Shown here one piece after another: positions 43,657 to 54,537 of a stretch of DNA of 64,000 nt. Source of the DNA: Carpediemonas membranifera BICM (lineage: Eukaryota > Protista > Fornicata); the NCBI GenBank assembly GCA_019828565.1, contig JAHDYR010000048.1:1-64000 (forward strand), written 5' to 3'. Both the position numbers and the translations under genes were made by a program. Each line of letters starts with the position of its first letter. Positions within the stretch are counted from its first letter, which is position 1. The notes under the pieces are model-generated. The model was not told the origin of the DNA, made no database searches, and saw nothing but the letters and a program-made list of their open reading frames with translations.

Positions 43657-44113
43657 GTGATCTACTGCTCTGCACTCGCTGCTGCGTGAGATTCTCGGGG
43701 AGGACGCACCATTGCTCAGGTATACTGCGTAAGCGCTCTTGAACTCGCCGCGGGCTGCATCTCTGCACCAACGGGATAGGGAACGTACCAGCTGCGTAAA
43801 TGCACATGATATAACTTACTTTCTGCATCGTCGTTGCTGCATTCGTTCTTTGCTTGTCCAAGTCTGATATGGTCTCGGTCACGATGTTGAGGGCATCGTG
43901 ACAAACTGTAAATAATGGCCAAACTCACAGATAGAGTGCAGATAGTATGTGCAAGTCTAAATGCGCATGAATGCCCTCGAAATACGGCTTGCCTCGGCAG
44001 CTGAATAGTGTTCTTTGTATTACCACAAAAAACTGTCAGTGCCCAGGGAAAGTGCGATATTCGTCCTCTAACATAGCATAGAAGTGCCGTCAATACTCCA
44101 CAGCCGGCCAATC

Positions 44114-45142
44114 ATGGCCAACCGGCTGCGGACTTCCGGACCCTCCATCGCCACGAGTCAAGAGCAAATGTCGCGGCATTCTGGCGAAAGACGTCGGGAT
44201 TCTGTCTCATCCACACGTTCTAGCTCTACAGCGCCGGGAATTGGGATTCAAATGATCGATTCTCCAGCGGAAGTGCCACTTTTGGCAAAAGCGGTAGCTC
44301 CTGGAAGCTACGGGGCGTATTCAAACGATGTTACAAGCGAGAAGGGGAAACGCAAGCACAGTCGTACCAGGAAAGCATCACTTGTCCCAGATATTGCGAC
44401 ACCTGTGCTCATTGGCAATGAACGAAGCAATCTAGTCAACGGGAGTCGCCGCAAGCACCGTCCAAGCGTGCTGTACACACTTGGATGCTTTGCCACGCTC
44501 CTTCTTTCTCTCTTTGCAGCTGTGGCTCTTACCGTCCTGATTTACATTCTTGCTGCTTTCTTCTCGAACATCGGCATGAGGGAATGGGATGTTTTCGGCA
44601 TCCATAATGACGATGGCAAGGAATACGATGCTGCAGTAGTGTTAGGCTTTGTCCTTGACGGCCAGGACAGCATCCAGCCCGAGCTAGAGGCCCGCCTTCA
44701 AACCGTGCTCGACCTTTATCTCTCCGGCCGGATTGTCGGTGAGATCATCCTCTCTGGCGGCAAACCAAGCACGTCCCACGAGAAAGCTGAGGCCGAGGTG
44801 ATGGGCGAGTGGCTTGAGGTCCGCGGCGTCCCCTCTTCCAGGCTGGTGCAAGAGGGGCAGAGCCGAACGACGGCAGAGAACGCCAAGTACTCCATTCCCA
44901 TCCTCGTCAACTCAAGCTACAAGAGAGTAGTGATCGTTACTAACACTTTCCACCAGTATCGCTCCTTCTGGCTCTTTCACGGCCAGTGCGACGGGGCCGC
45001 TTTCTGCCAGGCGAGGTTCAGGATGGCCGACGCCCGGAAGCTTGAGGGCTCTATTTCACGAAGCAGGCACCAGTATGACTTCTTTCGGGAGATCCTGGCG
45101 ATGGGGCTGGCCATCCTTAAGGGAAACGTCTCTTTTTGGTAG
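44114..45142 (+). CDS. Membrane-anchored DUF218 (YdcF/ElyC/SanA-like) protein
   Basis: TM helix, then AAVVLG, IILSGG, EAEVM, E.QSRTTAENA, IVTNTFHQYRS, REILA. Confidence 0.88.
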   Translation: MANRLRTSGPSIATSQEQMSRHSGERRRDSVSSTRSSSTAPGIGIQMIDSPAEVPLLAKAVAPGSYGAYSNDVTSEKGKRKHSRTRKASLVPDIATPVLIGNERSNLVNGSRRKHRPSVLYTLGCFATLLLSLFAAVALTVLIYILAAFFSNIGMREWDVFGIHNDDGKEYDAAVVLGFVLDGQDSIQPELEARLQTVLDLYLSGRIVGEIILSGGKPSTSHEKAEAEVMGEWLEVRGVPSSRLVQEGQSRTTAENAKYSIPILVNSSYKRVVIVTNTFHQYRSFWLFHGQCDGAAFCQARFRMADARKLEGSISRSRHQYDFFREILAMGLAILKGNVSFW

Positions 45143-45231
45143 CCTACACGACCTTTCATCTTACAAACATAAACTGCGAATCGACTCAGCAACTACAGTA
45201 GTGGTCTGTATACAAACACTTTACAGAGACT

Positions 45232-48200
45232 CTATTCCTTGACGAAGTTCCATACCTCAATCTCATCTGGGGTAAACACCGGTGTGCCTGCCAGCAGCGT
45301 GCCTGCCTCCTCGCTGGTCGGCTCAAAGACGCCGAGGCTGTAGCTCTGCTCCAGCCGACTCGAGCAGTTGGTAAAGTCATCCGCGAACACGAGATCGCCC
45401 TGGGGCCCGCCGAACGAGATATATGACCCTCCCCGGGCATCGTTGGACACTAGCGCCTGCATGGGCGTGACCTTGTGATAAATAACGGCCATCTGCTCAC
45501 GGTCAGTGCCGGGCGGGCAGAGGGCGAGCTTGCTGGGGATGAACACATCCTCGGTGAGGGAGAAGAGGCAGCACTTGGCTGACCCCGTCTTAACACCGTT
45601 TGACCGCCACGGGGCAGAGGCGAAACCACCAAAGATGTGCTCACCCACTCTAGCGAGGATGACCGTTGACCCGTTGTCGTCGACCACAGCATGCATGGCG
45701 CCCATATCGCGTCCGTTCTTCCAGTCTGCCCACAGCAGTTTAGTGCTGGGGACTCTCGAGGCGATAGGGAGGGAGAAGTACATAACCTGCTTGGATTCGT
45801 CGCTGGATAAGATGTGAGAGTCGGCAAAGGGGACAGCCGTGAGTGTGACCTGGTTGGCCTCCATCATGGACCGTGTTTCCTCAGCCAGACGGCGAAGGGA
45901 GTACTGCCGGAAGACCTCAGAGAGGTCAGCCCGTTGCTGCTGCTGGTTGGCAGGATCCCGGGCTGTGGCACGAGCTCCAGCAGTCTCTCTGACCGCCTGG
46001 TCGGGGGATGGCGAGGGCGAGGGTGAGGCGTGGCTCATGGCCCCGCTCTGGGGCTGGTTCGTGTGGGGGGCGGACTGGCTGTCAGCCTCACGGAGGGAGG
46101 AGACTGAAGGGCCCCTGGACCGGCGGAGGCGGGTCTCGGAGGCGTCACGGTGCATGTCTGGGCGGGAGGGCTTGTCCGCGGCGGCCATTGGCTCTTGGAC
46201 AGGCTCGGGGCGGGTGGGCTCGGCGATCATGCCCATGTTGTTGTTGAATGCCTGCTCTACAGGCTCGGGGGGCACAGCCTCGTCCCTCTCGGGCTCTTGC
46301 TGCTCTCTCGCCATAGGGGCCGGGCGCTGTTGGCTCGACCACATAGGGTTGGTCTCGGGCTGGGCAGGTTGAGTGGGTTGGGCGGTGAAGCTGGGCGTGT
46401 CGTAGCCCATGTCGCCTTCAGGGAAGGAGGAGGCGGCTGGCTCGACCGGGATGGAGGACTGTTGGCGTTTGTTCTTCATCGTCTCTGCCCACAAGTCGCC
46501 GTTGCGGCGGACGATAGGGGAAGCGGTTTCAGACGCACCTGCGCCGCGAGCAATGACTTTCTCTGCCGGGTGGTTCGGCCCCATCGCCTTGAGCGCGCTG
46601 AACAGCACGCGCTGCTTCTTCTTGCCCTGCTGCTGATCCTGCGCGTTCATCTGATTGAACGTGTTCGGGAGTTCGGTGGGCGTGGGGTCAAAGGGTCTGG
46701 CGGGCGCCTGGGGTGTGGGCTCCTTGGCCTTGCCCTTGTTCCGCTGGAAGAGTGTGGCTCTGAAAGCAGAAGCGCTGGGGGCGGGCTTGAAGTCATCGAA
46801 CCCAAAGGCGTCGCCGTCCTCCAGACCAGGCTGGGGCTGGGGGTCGTAGATGTCCTGGGACACTGTCGGCTGGGCCCACTGCTGCTCGCCGAACTGACCC
46901 ACGCCGCTGTGGGGCTGGTCAAACAGGCCCGCGGGGGTGAAGTTACCCTCGGTGACGTCCATGTCGCCTGTAAGCCGGAGGTCAGCCTCTACGTCGATGT
47001 CGCCCTTGACGATGAGCTTATCGTGCAGGATAGCCCTCATCTGTTGATGACGGCGCCATAGATGGAGGAAGCGGACGGGAGTGAGGTGCTCTCGTTGGGA
47101 GGACAGGAACTGATCGAGCCAGTGGATCTGGGACAACTGGCGCCGCATCTCGATCTCCTCGCCAAGTAGTGTGTTGAGCTTGCTCTGCGTCTTCTCCTGT
47201 AGACGGTATAGGATCTGCTGCAGCTGGCGGTAGATCATCTCCTCGACAGATGCAGAGTTCTTGTACACATCGCGGAGTCTCTCGTCGATCTCCTTAAGGT
47301 GCTCCCTGATGGCATCCCTGCGGGCGTCGAGGAGGGGATCCTGGTCTCCCGAGGCGTTCATCGCCTTCTCGTATGCTTGGTGCACCGACACTAGACGATG
47401 CGTGGCAGACTCACCGGCGCTGTGGTTGCCCTCCATCTTGCACTTAACGCACACAGGCTCCTGGCACGTGGGGCAGAAGTACTCGACGGTCATGTCTGGG
47501 TGGTGGGGGCAAGTTCCGAAGAACAGAGGGTGCTCCTTGATCGGGACACGGACATGGCGGGCCACAAGCTTGTTCGCAGCGTGTACTTCGCGGTCGCAGG
47601 CCGGGCAGAGCTTGGCGCTGTCGGCAGCGCAGTAGACGGTGGCGTTGGCCTCTCCACATGCATCGCAGAGGTACTGCTCGCCCTGGGGGGCCTCGGGGTC
47701 GTACTCGAACTGCACTAGGAAGCACGGCATGATCCTGGCGCCGTCAGCGAGCATATACTTGTGACGGTAGAACTGTACATGCCCTGGGTCGTCCTCCGTA
47801 AAAAAGTTGACGGATGTGGCGCGGTCGGCTTCCATCTCCTTCAAGCGGGCGGCGACTGAGATGCTGTTCTCGCCGTCACAGACGTAGACGGAGTCGTATC
47901 CATCGGGGATTGTGAACTTTTCGTTCGAGGGGTCGTTCTTCTCGGTCTCGACGCAGTAGGGCTTGCCTGTCGCTACCTGGCAGAGAAGGGCCTCATAGCG
48001 GTTGTTCTTAGCGCGCTGGGAGAGGTCCATGAGACCTGTGGTGATCGGGAGCCCCTTCTCGCCAATCTTGAAGCCACGCTGGCAAATGTCGTGGACGGTG
48101 TTCTCATTGTCCAACGTGAGGGTGTTAATCCAGCTTTCGACAATCATGGAGTCCGCAGATAGTCTCTCGAACTGCGCTGCGACGTGTGGGTTAACAACAT

Positions 48201-48321
48201 TCCAAATATTCACAATGCGGGCCTTTGATGAACCCGTGGAGAGATGAAGCAGATACTCTATACGCTGCGCGTCATCACTATCTTCGAGGATCGGCAGGCT
48301 ATGCTCTATCGCCGTGCTCAT
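45232..48321 (-). CDS. Tandem B-box + coiled-coil protein with C-terminal TLDc domain and possible degenerate PARP-like N-terminus
   Basis: CDAC...ATVYCAADSAKLCPACDREVH; CPHH...YFCPTCQEPVCVKC; TLDc-type IFGGFASAPW...LFSL...EIEVW. Confidence 0.85.
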   Translation of the reverse strand: MSTAIEHSLPILEDSDDAQRIEYLLHLSTGSSKARIVNIWNVVNPHVAAQFERLSADSMIVESWINTLTLDNENTVHDICQRGFKIGEKGLPITTGLMDLSQRAKNNRYEALLCQVATGKPYCVETEKNDPSNEKFTIPDGYDSVYVCDGENSISVAARLKEMEADRATSVNFFTEDDPGHVQFYRHKYMLADGARIMPCFLVQFEYDPEAPQGEQYLCDACGEANATVYCAADSAKLCPACDREVHAANKLVARHVRVPIKEHPLFFGTCPHHPDMTVEYFCPTCQEPVCVKCKMEGNHSAGESATHRLVSVHQAYEKAMNASGDQDPLLDARRDAIREHLKEIDERLRDVYKNSASVEEMIYRQLQQILYRLQEKTQSKLNTLLGEEIEMRRQLSQIHWLDQFLSSQREHLTPVRFLHLWRRHQQMRAILHDKLIVKGDIDVEADLRLTGDMDVTEGNFTPAGLFDQPHSGVGQFGEQQWAQPTVSQDIYDPQPQPGLEDGDAFGFDDFKPAPSASAFRATLFQRNKGKAKEPTPQAPARPFDPTPTELPNTFNQMNAQDQQQGKKKQRVLFSALKAMGPNHPAEKVIARGAGASETASPIVRRNGDLWAETMKNKRQQSSIPVEPAASSFPEGDMGYDTPSFTAQPTQPAQPETNPMWSSQQRPAPMAREQQEPERDEAVPPEPVEQAFNNNMGMIAEPTRPEPVQEPMAAADKPSRPDMHRDASETRLRRSRGPSVSSLREADSQSAPHTNQPQSGAMSHASPSPSPSPDQAVRETAGARATARDPANQQQQRADLSEVFRQYSLRRLAEETRSMMEANQVTLTAVPFADSHILSSDESKQVMYFSLPIASRVPSTKLLWADWKNGRDMGAMHAVVDDNGSTVILARVGEHIFGGFASAPWRSNGVKTGSAKCCLFSLTEDVFIPSKLALCPPGTDREQMAVIYHKVTPMQALVSNDARGGSYISFGGPQGDLVFADDFTNCSSRLEQSYSLGVFEPTSEEAGTLLAGTPVFTPDEIEVWNFVKE

Positions 48322-48596
48322 CGTCTCGATTCTAAACAGCGAGAATTTCCTTAACCTGCGTGAAAATTCGCTACTGATTGCGGGTGACGAGAGTGGACAT
48401 GAGGGGCGGAGTGCTGTTCATTGGCTGTGGAATGGGTAGGGTTATAAATCAGACCTTCATCACCCAGTGATGCTGAATGTGAAGATTGCCCACCAACCGA
48501 CTGAAGCACTCTGGTCACCCAGTATGCTATATCCCTTCGCACCCACACCACCGATCCCCATGCCAATAACCGCGGTGCTTTTTACAATACCCTGCC

Positions 48597-49255
48597 CTAA
48601 TCTGACTCGCTGCCAGACGACTCTGATGACTCGGAGCCAGACTCGGGGGTCTCAGCAGGTTGATGGGGCTCAGTCTCCGCCTCAACCTCCTCGTCTGACA
48701 CAGACTCCTCTTCATCCTCATCTTCCTGGACTTCCTTCGCCTTCTGCTGCTCGCACAGCCTGTCCATGATCTCCTTCCTCTGTGCCAGCTTATCAAAGCT
48801 CAGCTTGCCGAATAGAGGCAGGTAGTTCTCGTCCTCGGGGAAGAGCTCAACATACGTCAGCTGCGAGTCGAGAACAGCTCCCTCCTCCTTCAGCCTGACC
48901 AGCTCGGCGATGGCGGCCTGCTTGGCAGTGTCGTCGTCGTCGTCGAGGGACTGGAACTTGAGCACGGCGGCCTCGAGGTTCTTCTTGGTCTTCTCAATGC
49001 TCCGCTTGACCTTGGTGCGCTCCACAAAGCGAAGGTCCTTGAACTTCTTCTTTGTAGCCTTTTGTTTCGTGAGTTCTACGTGCCGAAGCTTCAGCTTCTT
49101 CTCAATATCGCCAAGCTGCTGCTCGATCTTCTTCCTCTGCGATTCTTCGGCATCGCCCTGGGTAAGAGAGGTTTGCATGGACATACTAGCTTTCTGCGTA
49201 GCCTTTTAAGGCTCTGCCGCTTGGCCTTGAGTGTTTTCGCTGTTTCCGTCGCCAT
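48597..49255 (-). CDS. EFG1: rRNA-processing protein Efg1-like; intron 49158-49186
   Basis: KKFKDLRFVERTKVKR, LTYVELFPEDENYLPLF; a 29-nt GTATGT...CTTACCCAG intron links the upstream ATG 49255 in frame. Confidence 0.8.
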
Positions 49256-49410
49256 CACGACCCAGCCTTTCGAAATGCGCTAAATTTCGACACTAGTCTC
49301 GCCGCCCGCCGCCCGGACTCAGTCAGCGACCCGCCCCATGCCCCGAGCCTTCATTTCGCGGGCTTCTTTTTTTCTTGCAAAAGATAAGCGATCACAAAAG
49401 CGGACGACGA
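49256..49410. promoter_or_regulatory. Putative bidirectional promoter between EFG1 and SPB1
   Basis: 155 bp between divergent start codons; GC-rich core and T-tract. Positional inference only. Confidence 0.45.
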
Positions 49411-51765
49411 ATGGGAGCTGGTGATAAGGATCGCCATCAGAAGACCGGTAAGGGACGTCTTGATCACTTCTATTACCTCGCCAAGCAGCGTGGTCTTAGA
49501 TCGAGAGCTGCTTTCAAGATTGAGCAGCTTGGCAAGGACTTCAACCTTTTCGAGGACTGTAACGTCATTCTCGATCTCTGCGCTGCTCCCGGTGGCTGGA
49601 CGCAGATCGCTGCGAAGGAGATGCCCAAAGGCGGCCTCGTTGTTGCCGTGGATCTCGACCCCATTCCCACGATTGATCCCTCCACAGTGAACGCCACCAT
49701 CAAGACCTACGTGACCGATATCACCACGGAGCACTGCCGTAGCACTGTCCGCAAGGCTGTTAAGGAGCACTTCCCCGCCACGTCGAACCCCGTGGTCGAC
49801 GTTGTTCTTCACGATGGTGCCCCCAACATGGGTGCTGACTGGAACCTGGATGCTTTCCAGCAGAACATGCTTGTTGTCCATGCCATGCGTCTTGCCGCTG
49901 ACATGCTGAAGGTCGGGGGGACTTTCGTGACCAAGGTCTTCAGATCTCGCCACTACAACAACCTCCTCGCCCTCATGAACGAGCTGTTCGAGGATGTACA
50001 GGCCCGTACACCTAAGGCCACCCGTGAGACCTCTGCCGAGACCTTCATCGTCTGCCGCCGCTTCAACATGAAGCGCTACGCCAAGATTGACAAGGAGTTC
50101 TTCAACTTCGACAACATCTTCGTCGACCAGGACGCCAACGAGCCCGTCCGTCTCAAGGACATCGTCTCCTCCAAGCCCAACCAGGACGGCTACTCATACG
50201 TCCGCGGCGGCGTCCTCCTTGAGAAGAAGATCGGCCTGACAGAGTATCTCTCCACTGACCTCCCGGCAGACCTCCTCAACGACGCCAACATCATCGAAAT
50301 CGACCCTGAGACCGACGCTAAGGCCCTCGAAGTCCTCTCTGAGCTCAAGATCTGGCCTAGAGGCATGAAGAGCATCACTGACCTCCAGGACGTCGCGGCC
50401 GACCTTAAAGTGCAGTCTAAGGACACGATCAAGAGCCTGCTCAACTGGCAGCGGAAGATCAGATTCCGTTTCCTCAGCGCCATGGCGCCCCTGCTTGAGA
50501 GTGGCAGCGAGGAGGAGGGTGAGGGTAGCGAGAGTGCGTCTGGTTCAGAGAACGAAGACGACGCCCTGGACAGCGGCTCGAGCTCGGAGTCAGAGTCGGA
50601 TACCGATGAAGAGCTGGACGACGAGATCAGGCGCCAGAAGAGGCGTGAGAAGGCTAAGCTTCGTCGCAGTGCACGCCGTAAGAAGGCCCGTCTCTCTCGA
50701 ATGGTGATGGGCAACGTCGACCCCCTCATTGCCCTCGAGACTGCTGAGGGCGAGGCCCGCACACTCTTCACCCAGAAGATTCTCACTGGTGAAGTTGAGA
50801 TCGACGACGAGGAGCCCGAGCCCACCAAGATTGAGGTCCGCGACAACTCCGAGTCTGACGCCAGTGACGCCGAGAAGGATGAGTTCGCCGACAAGATGAA
50901 GTCGACCCTCGTCAACAGGCCCAAGGTTTCCCTGCCTACCTCCAACTGGTGGCAGAACGAGATATTCTCCGAGGATGAGGACGAGAGCAGTGCCAGTGAG
51001 GCCAGCGACGCCGAGCTCGACAAGGAGATGCCCAAACGCCAGGCCAAGAAGACAGTCGAAGAGTGGTCATCAGATGATGAATCCAACTCCGACACTTACA
51101 ACTCCAGCAACCAGAGCGGGTCCGACAACGACGATGAGGAGCTGGACTCGGACGACGGCTGGACGACCGACGACTCGGCCCGAATGGCCCAGAAGCTCGC
51201 CATCGGTGCGAAGATGATGCGGAAGAAGCAGCGGGAGGAGATGGAGGACGCCGCATACAACCGGTACAACTTCGACGACGAGGGGGTCGACATGCCAGAG
51301 TGGTTTGCCAAGGAGGACGCCTTCTACAATAGGCCGATGATGCCTGTTACCAAGGAGGAGGTCGAGGCCTTCCGGGCACGGCGTAAGCAGATCACAGAAC
51401 GCCCTACGAAGAAGCTGCTGGAGTTCAAGGCTCGTCAGATGCAGCGTAAGAAGCGCGAGGAGGCCAAGATCCTGGCCAAGGCTGCGCATCTCGCTGATCA
51501 GGACATTCCCGCCACGGAGAAGCTCAGAGAGGCGGAGAAGCTCGGCAGGCAGAGGTCTAAGCTCGACAAGAAGATCAGACAGAAGCCCAAGGCCAAGCGG
51601 CTCGATAAGAGGATGAAGGCTGACGGCGCGGGCCACGCCCTTGCTGGCGGGTCGGGTAAGAAGGCGCTGAGGAAGAACGGTGTCCTCTCGATGAAGCGGA
51701 AGCAGGGTAAGGCTGCGGGCAAGACGAAGCCCCGGACTAGGAAGGGGAGGTTCGGCCGGAGATAG
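49411..51765 (+). CDS. SPB1: rRNA 2'-O-methyltransferase Spb1/FTSJ3
   Basis: KTGKGRLDHFYYLAK..G.RSRAAFK, LDLCAAPGGW, VLHDGAPN, FVTKVFRS, D.AYNRY..DD...PEWF, DKRMKAD. Confidence 0.96.
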   Translation: MGAGDKDRHQKTGKGRLDHFYYLAKQRGLRSRAAFKIEQLGKDFNLFEDCNVILDLCAAPGGWTQIAAKEMPKGGLVVAVDLDPIPTIDPSTVNATIKTYVTDITTEHCRSTVRKAVKEHFPATSNPVVDVVLHDGAPNMGADWNLDAFQQNMLVVHAMRLAADMLKVGGTFVTKVFRSRHYNNLLALMNELFEDVQARTPKATRETSAETFIVCRRFNMKRYAKIDKEFFNFDNIFVDQDANEPVRLKDIVSSKPNQDGYSYVRGGVLLEKKIGLTEYLSTDLPADLLNDANIIEIDPETDAKALEVLSELKIWPRGMKSITDLQDVAADLKVQSKDTIKSLLNWQRKIRFRFLSAMAPLLESGSEEEGEGSESASGSENEDDALDSGSSSESESDTDEELDDEIRRQKRREKAKLRRSARRKKARLSRMVMGNVDPLIALETAEGEARTLFTQKILTGEVEIDDEEPEPTKIEVRDNSESDASDAEKDEFADKMKSTLVNRPKVSLPTSNWWQNEIFSEDEDESSASEASDAELDKEMPKRQAKKTVEEWSSDDESNSDTYNSSNQSGSDNDDEELDSDDGWTTDDSARMAQKLAIGAKMMRKKQREEMEDAAYNRYNFDDEGVDMPEWFAKEDAFYNRPMMPVTKEEVEAFRARRKQITERPTKKLLEFKARQMQRKKREEAKILAKAAHLADQDIPATEKLREAEKLGRQRSKLDKKIRQKPKAKRLDKRMKADGAGHALAGGSGKKALRKNGVLSMKRKQGKAAGKTKPRTRKGRFGRR

Positions 51766-51978
51766 GCCGATAAATGCGGATTATTAGTGTTGGTGAGTGT
51801 GGGTGTGTATGGGCGAGGATTCGGGCCTGGCGCCTTACCGTAGAGCTTGAGTATGTGAAGTCTGCCATAGACGGTTGCGAGTCCTACTTTACTGCTTGCA
51901 CTGTGCACTCTATGATACTTCAGTACGGTGCATTTTAAGGGAAGGAGAAAACGCCGTCCCGAATTTTCGGCGTCCGCA

Positions 51979-54309
51979 ATGGTGGACGAAATCAATGAAC
52001 AGGATCTGCTGGATACAGCAGCTCACCTCGTCGAGCAGCGCCAGTATCGCCAGGCGATCGGCATGTATGAGCATTTCCGGGACCACATCAAGGCCACGAT
52101 GGAGACGTCGACGTTCCAGCACACTCAGACGCTCAGACTTCAGCTAGCTGATGTATATAACACTCTTGGCGCTCTTTGTGAGATCACAGGCGAGTATGCC
52201 GATGCTTTTCAGTACGTCTCGAGAGCAGCAGTCATATGCCCCGAAAACGCCGCAATTGCCGCCCATCTCGCCATGCTAGGACTACATACAATGGCCATCT
52301 GCCAGACCAGACTCAACCTGGTCCTCGGTCTCCTCACCTACGCCATATCTAAGGCAAAGTCCAAGCAAACCGAGGCGCACTGTCTTGCTTGTCGCTGTGC
52401 TGTAGCTCACGCACTCCGTGACTGGAGTGGTGCGATCTCTGACGGCATCAGAGCCAAGGCCCTCGGCCCCAAGCTTGTTACCGCGCTCGTAGTCCTCGCT
52501 GACACTTATAAGTCAACAAGTCGGATGGAATCTGGTACGTTATACATGAATGCTATTGAGATCGATGACAGGGCGAAGGCGTGCATCGGTAGAGGTTTTG
52601 CCCTCGATCGAGTAGACGAGATTTTGAAGTTTTTCCGCATGTTTTGGCCCGCGTGGGTCGGTCGGCCCCGACCATCGTTCACATACAAGGCCAAAAAGTC
52701 CCACTACGTGCCCGATCACGACATCCGCAGCACCTCTTGTCCTGTTGTGACGACGATGAACTTTCTCCAGTCGGTGCACAAGGGCGGCGAGAGTCTACCC
52801 GAGCCTGACAGTCTGCCAATGAATAGAACAACGCCTTTCGGCCGGCCTAATACCTCGGCCTGCACACCCAAACCTGCACGGGCATCTAGCAGTGTTCTTG
52901 CAGCGTCACAGCGCTTGGACACGCCTCGCCGTTCGAATCACTCCCCCCAGAAGGTCCTGCTGCCGTTCATACCAGTCGCATCTCCCGTCCCCGACTCAAG
53001 AAGTCAGGGCCGCCTGCAGGTCGGAGAGGTACCCGTCCCACACGGGGCGACTCGGCAGACTTATGAGAAACCGTGGTCGTCGCCCAGGCCGGCGACCACA
53101 GAGCACCGCAAGTCACCACACAGGTTTAAGAGTGAGAAGCTGAACTTTTCTCCGGCCCGCAGCTACCGCAAGCCGTGGCAGGAGACGCCCAGCTCTCCAA
53201 TGACCCAGTGCACCCCCATCCCTGCCCAAGATTCCCCAAGAACGAAGGCTGTGACTCCACTCGACCTGACTCTCGATGCATCCCCGCCGCCGCTGACTGC
53301 CGATAACATCACACCCCCGCCGCCAGATACTGGGTCGATCCGCCTCGCCCGAGTCCTCGCAGAGACTGTAGCTAGAGCCTCGCCGGTGCTGGCAGTGAAG
53401 GTCAAGGGCGATGACTCACTCCTTGACGGAACCCGCACAGCGAGAGTCGCCCAGCGTCGAGAGATGGAGCTGTTGAAGAGAGCGACGAGTGAGTATCTCT
53501 CGACGCTCACACCGAGAGTCCGCCCAGCCCAGCCAGTGGTGGACGCCTCGACGCTCGGCCACTCACCCAGAGTTCCTCGACAGGATGACCGTCAGGCTGT
53601 GAATCTGTCACCAATGTATGTCGGGTACTCTAGAACAACTCGGGCGGGTGGGTTGACTGACTCAGAAACTGAGTCGGAAGAGGAGACCGCGAGAGTCGAG
53701 GCTAGCGCCGCTGACGACACCGTTATCAACTTACTGGCGGCCTCGCTGATCAAGAAGGCACCCGAGCTGATGCCAGAGACGCCCGAGGCTCTTGAACCAG
53801 TCGAAGATGCCAGAGTCGATCTGACTCCGACTCTGAGTGAGTCGCAGATCCGACTCATCGATGTCCCGCGTCCCTGCACAGCGGACGGGGTCCAGCCTTA
53901 CTCACTCACCTCCACACTCACGGAGCGTCTGCGCGGTGATTCCCCTTTGGTGGGGAGTAACAGTGTCCGCAGTTTTATACCGAGCAGTTTACGGCAGACT
54001 CCGATGTCGAGTCGAGTTGCGGGATCTCCCAGGTCCCCTCGGAAGCCAGCCACGCCACGTACTACGACTCGGCCGACCAGACTGAGCACGAGCGGAGATG
54101 CAGGCAGCATCCACGGTAACACCAGTGAGCATGCGCCGTCCTCGCCCTTCGTCAGGCGTGTGACTACCCCTACTCTTGTGTCCACCCCGGCCCGGTCAAC
54201 TTCAGGGTTCAACAGCCCGCGGTCGCCGTTGAAGGGATCTCTCTCTTCAGCACAGATGGCGGCGTTGAATCAGTCGAGCAGGATCAAGAAGATGGGCCAG
54301 TTTCGGTAG
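51979..54309 (+). CDS. Protein with N-terminal TPR-like helices and a long S/P/T-rich disordered tail
   Basis: ADVYNTLGALCEITGEYADAFQYVSRAAVICPEN TPR pattern. Start codon uncertain. Confidence 0.7.
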   Translation: MVDEINEQDLLDTAAHLVEQRQYRQAIGMYEHFRDHIKATMETSTFQHTQTLRLQLADVYNTLGALCEITGEYADAFQYVSRAAVICPENAAIAAHLAMLGLHTMAICQTRLNLVLGLLTYAISKAKSKQTEAHCLACRCAVAHALRDWSGAISDGIRAKALGPKLVTALVVLADTYKSTSRMESGTLYMNAIEIDDRAKACIGRGFALDRVDEILKFFRMFWPAWVGRPRPSFTYKAKKSHYVPDHDIRSTSCPVVTTMNFLQSVHKGGESLPEPDSLPMNRTTPFGRPNTSACTPKPARASSSVLAASQRLDTPRRSNHSPQKVLLPFIPVASPVPDSRSQGRLQVGEVPVPHGATRQTYEKPWSSPRPATTEHRKSPHRFKSEKLNFSPARSYRKPWQETPSSPMTQCTPIPAQDSPRTKAVTPLDLTLDASPPPLTADNITPPPPDTGSIRLARVLAETVARASPVLAVKVKGDDSLLDGTRTARVAQRREMELLKRATSEYLSTLTPRVRPAQPVVDASTLGHSPRVPRQDDRQAVNLSPMYVGYSRTTRAGGLTDSETESEEETARVEASAADDTVINLLAASLIKKAPELMPETPEALEPVEDARVDLTPTLSESQIRLIDVPRPCTADGVQPYSLTSTLTERLRGDSPLVGSNSVRSFIPSSLRQTPMSSRVAGSPRSPRKPATPRTTTRPTRLSTSGDAGSIHGNTSEHAPSSPFVRRVTTPTLVSTPARSTSGFNSPRSPLKGSLSSAQMAALNQSSRIKKMGQFR

Positions 54310-54537
54310 GGGGCCGGTATTGTACTACATAGCAGCATGGAGCGTATAAATCTCTCCTCTTACCGTGTTAACGTTAGGAAATGGGTGACTTTCGTGTGCT
54401 GATTTCCGAAGCAACGCAAAAGACAAGTGGCAAAAAGCCAGAATGTGATGTGAGCAGACGTATAGCTCGGCTGACCTACCGCGGAGCACTGCACCGTTGA
54501 CCTGCGCTAAACTGCGTCGTCGAGAAGCAAGCTCCTA

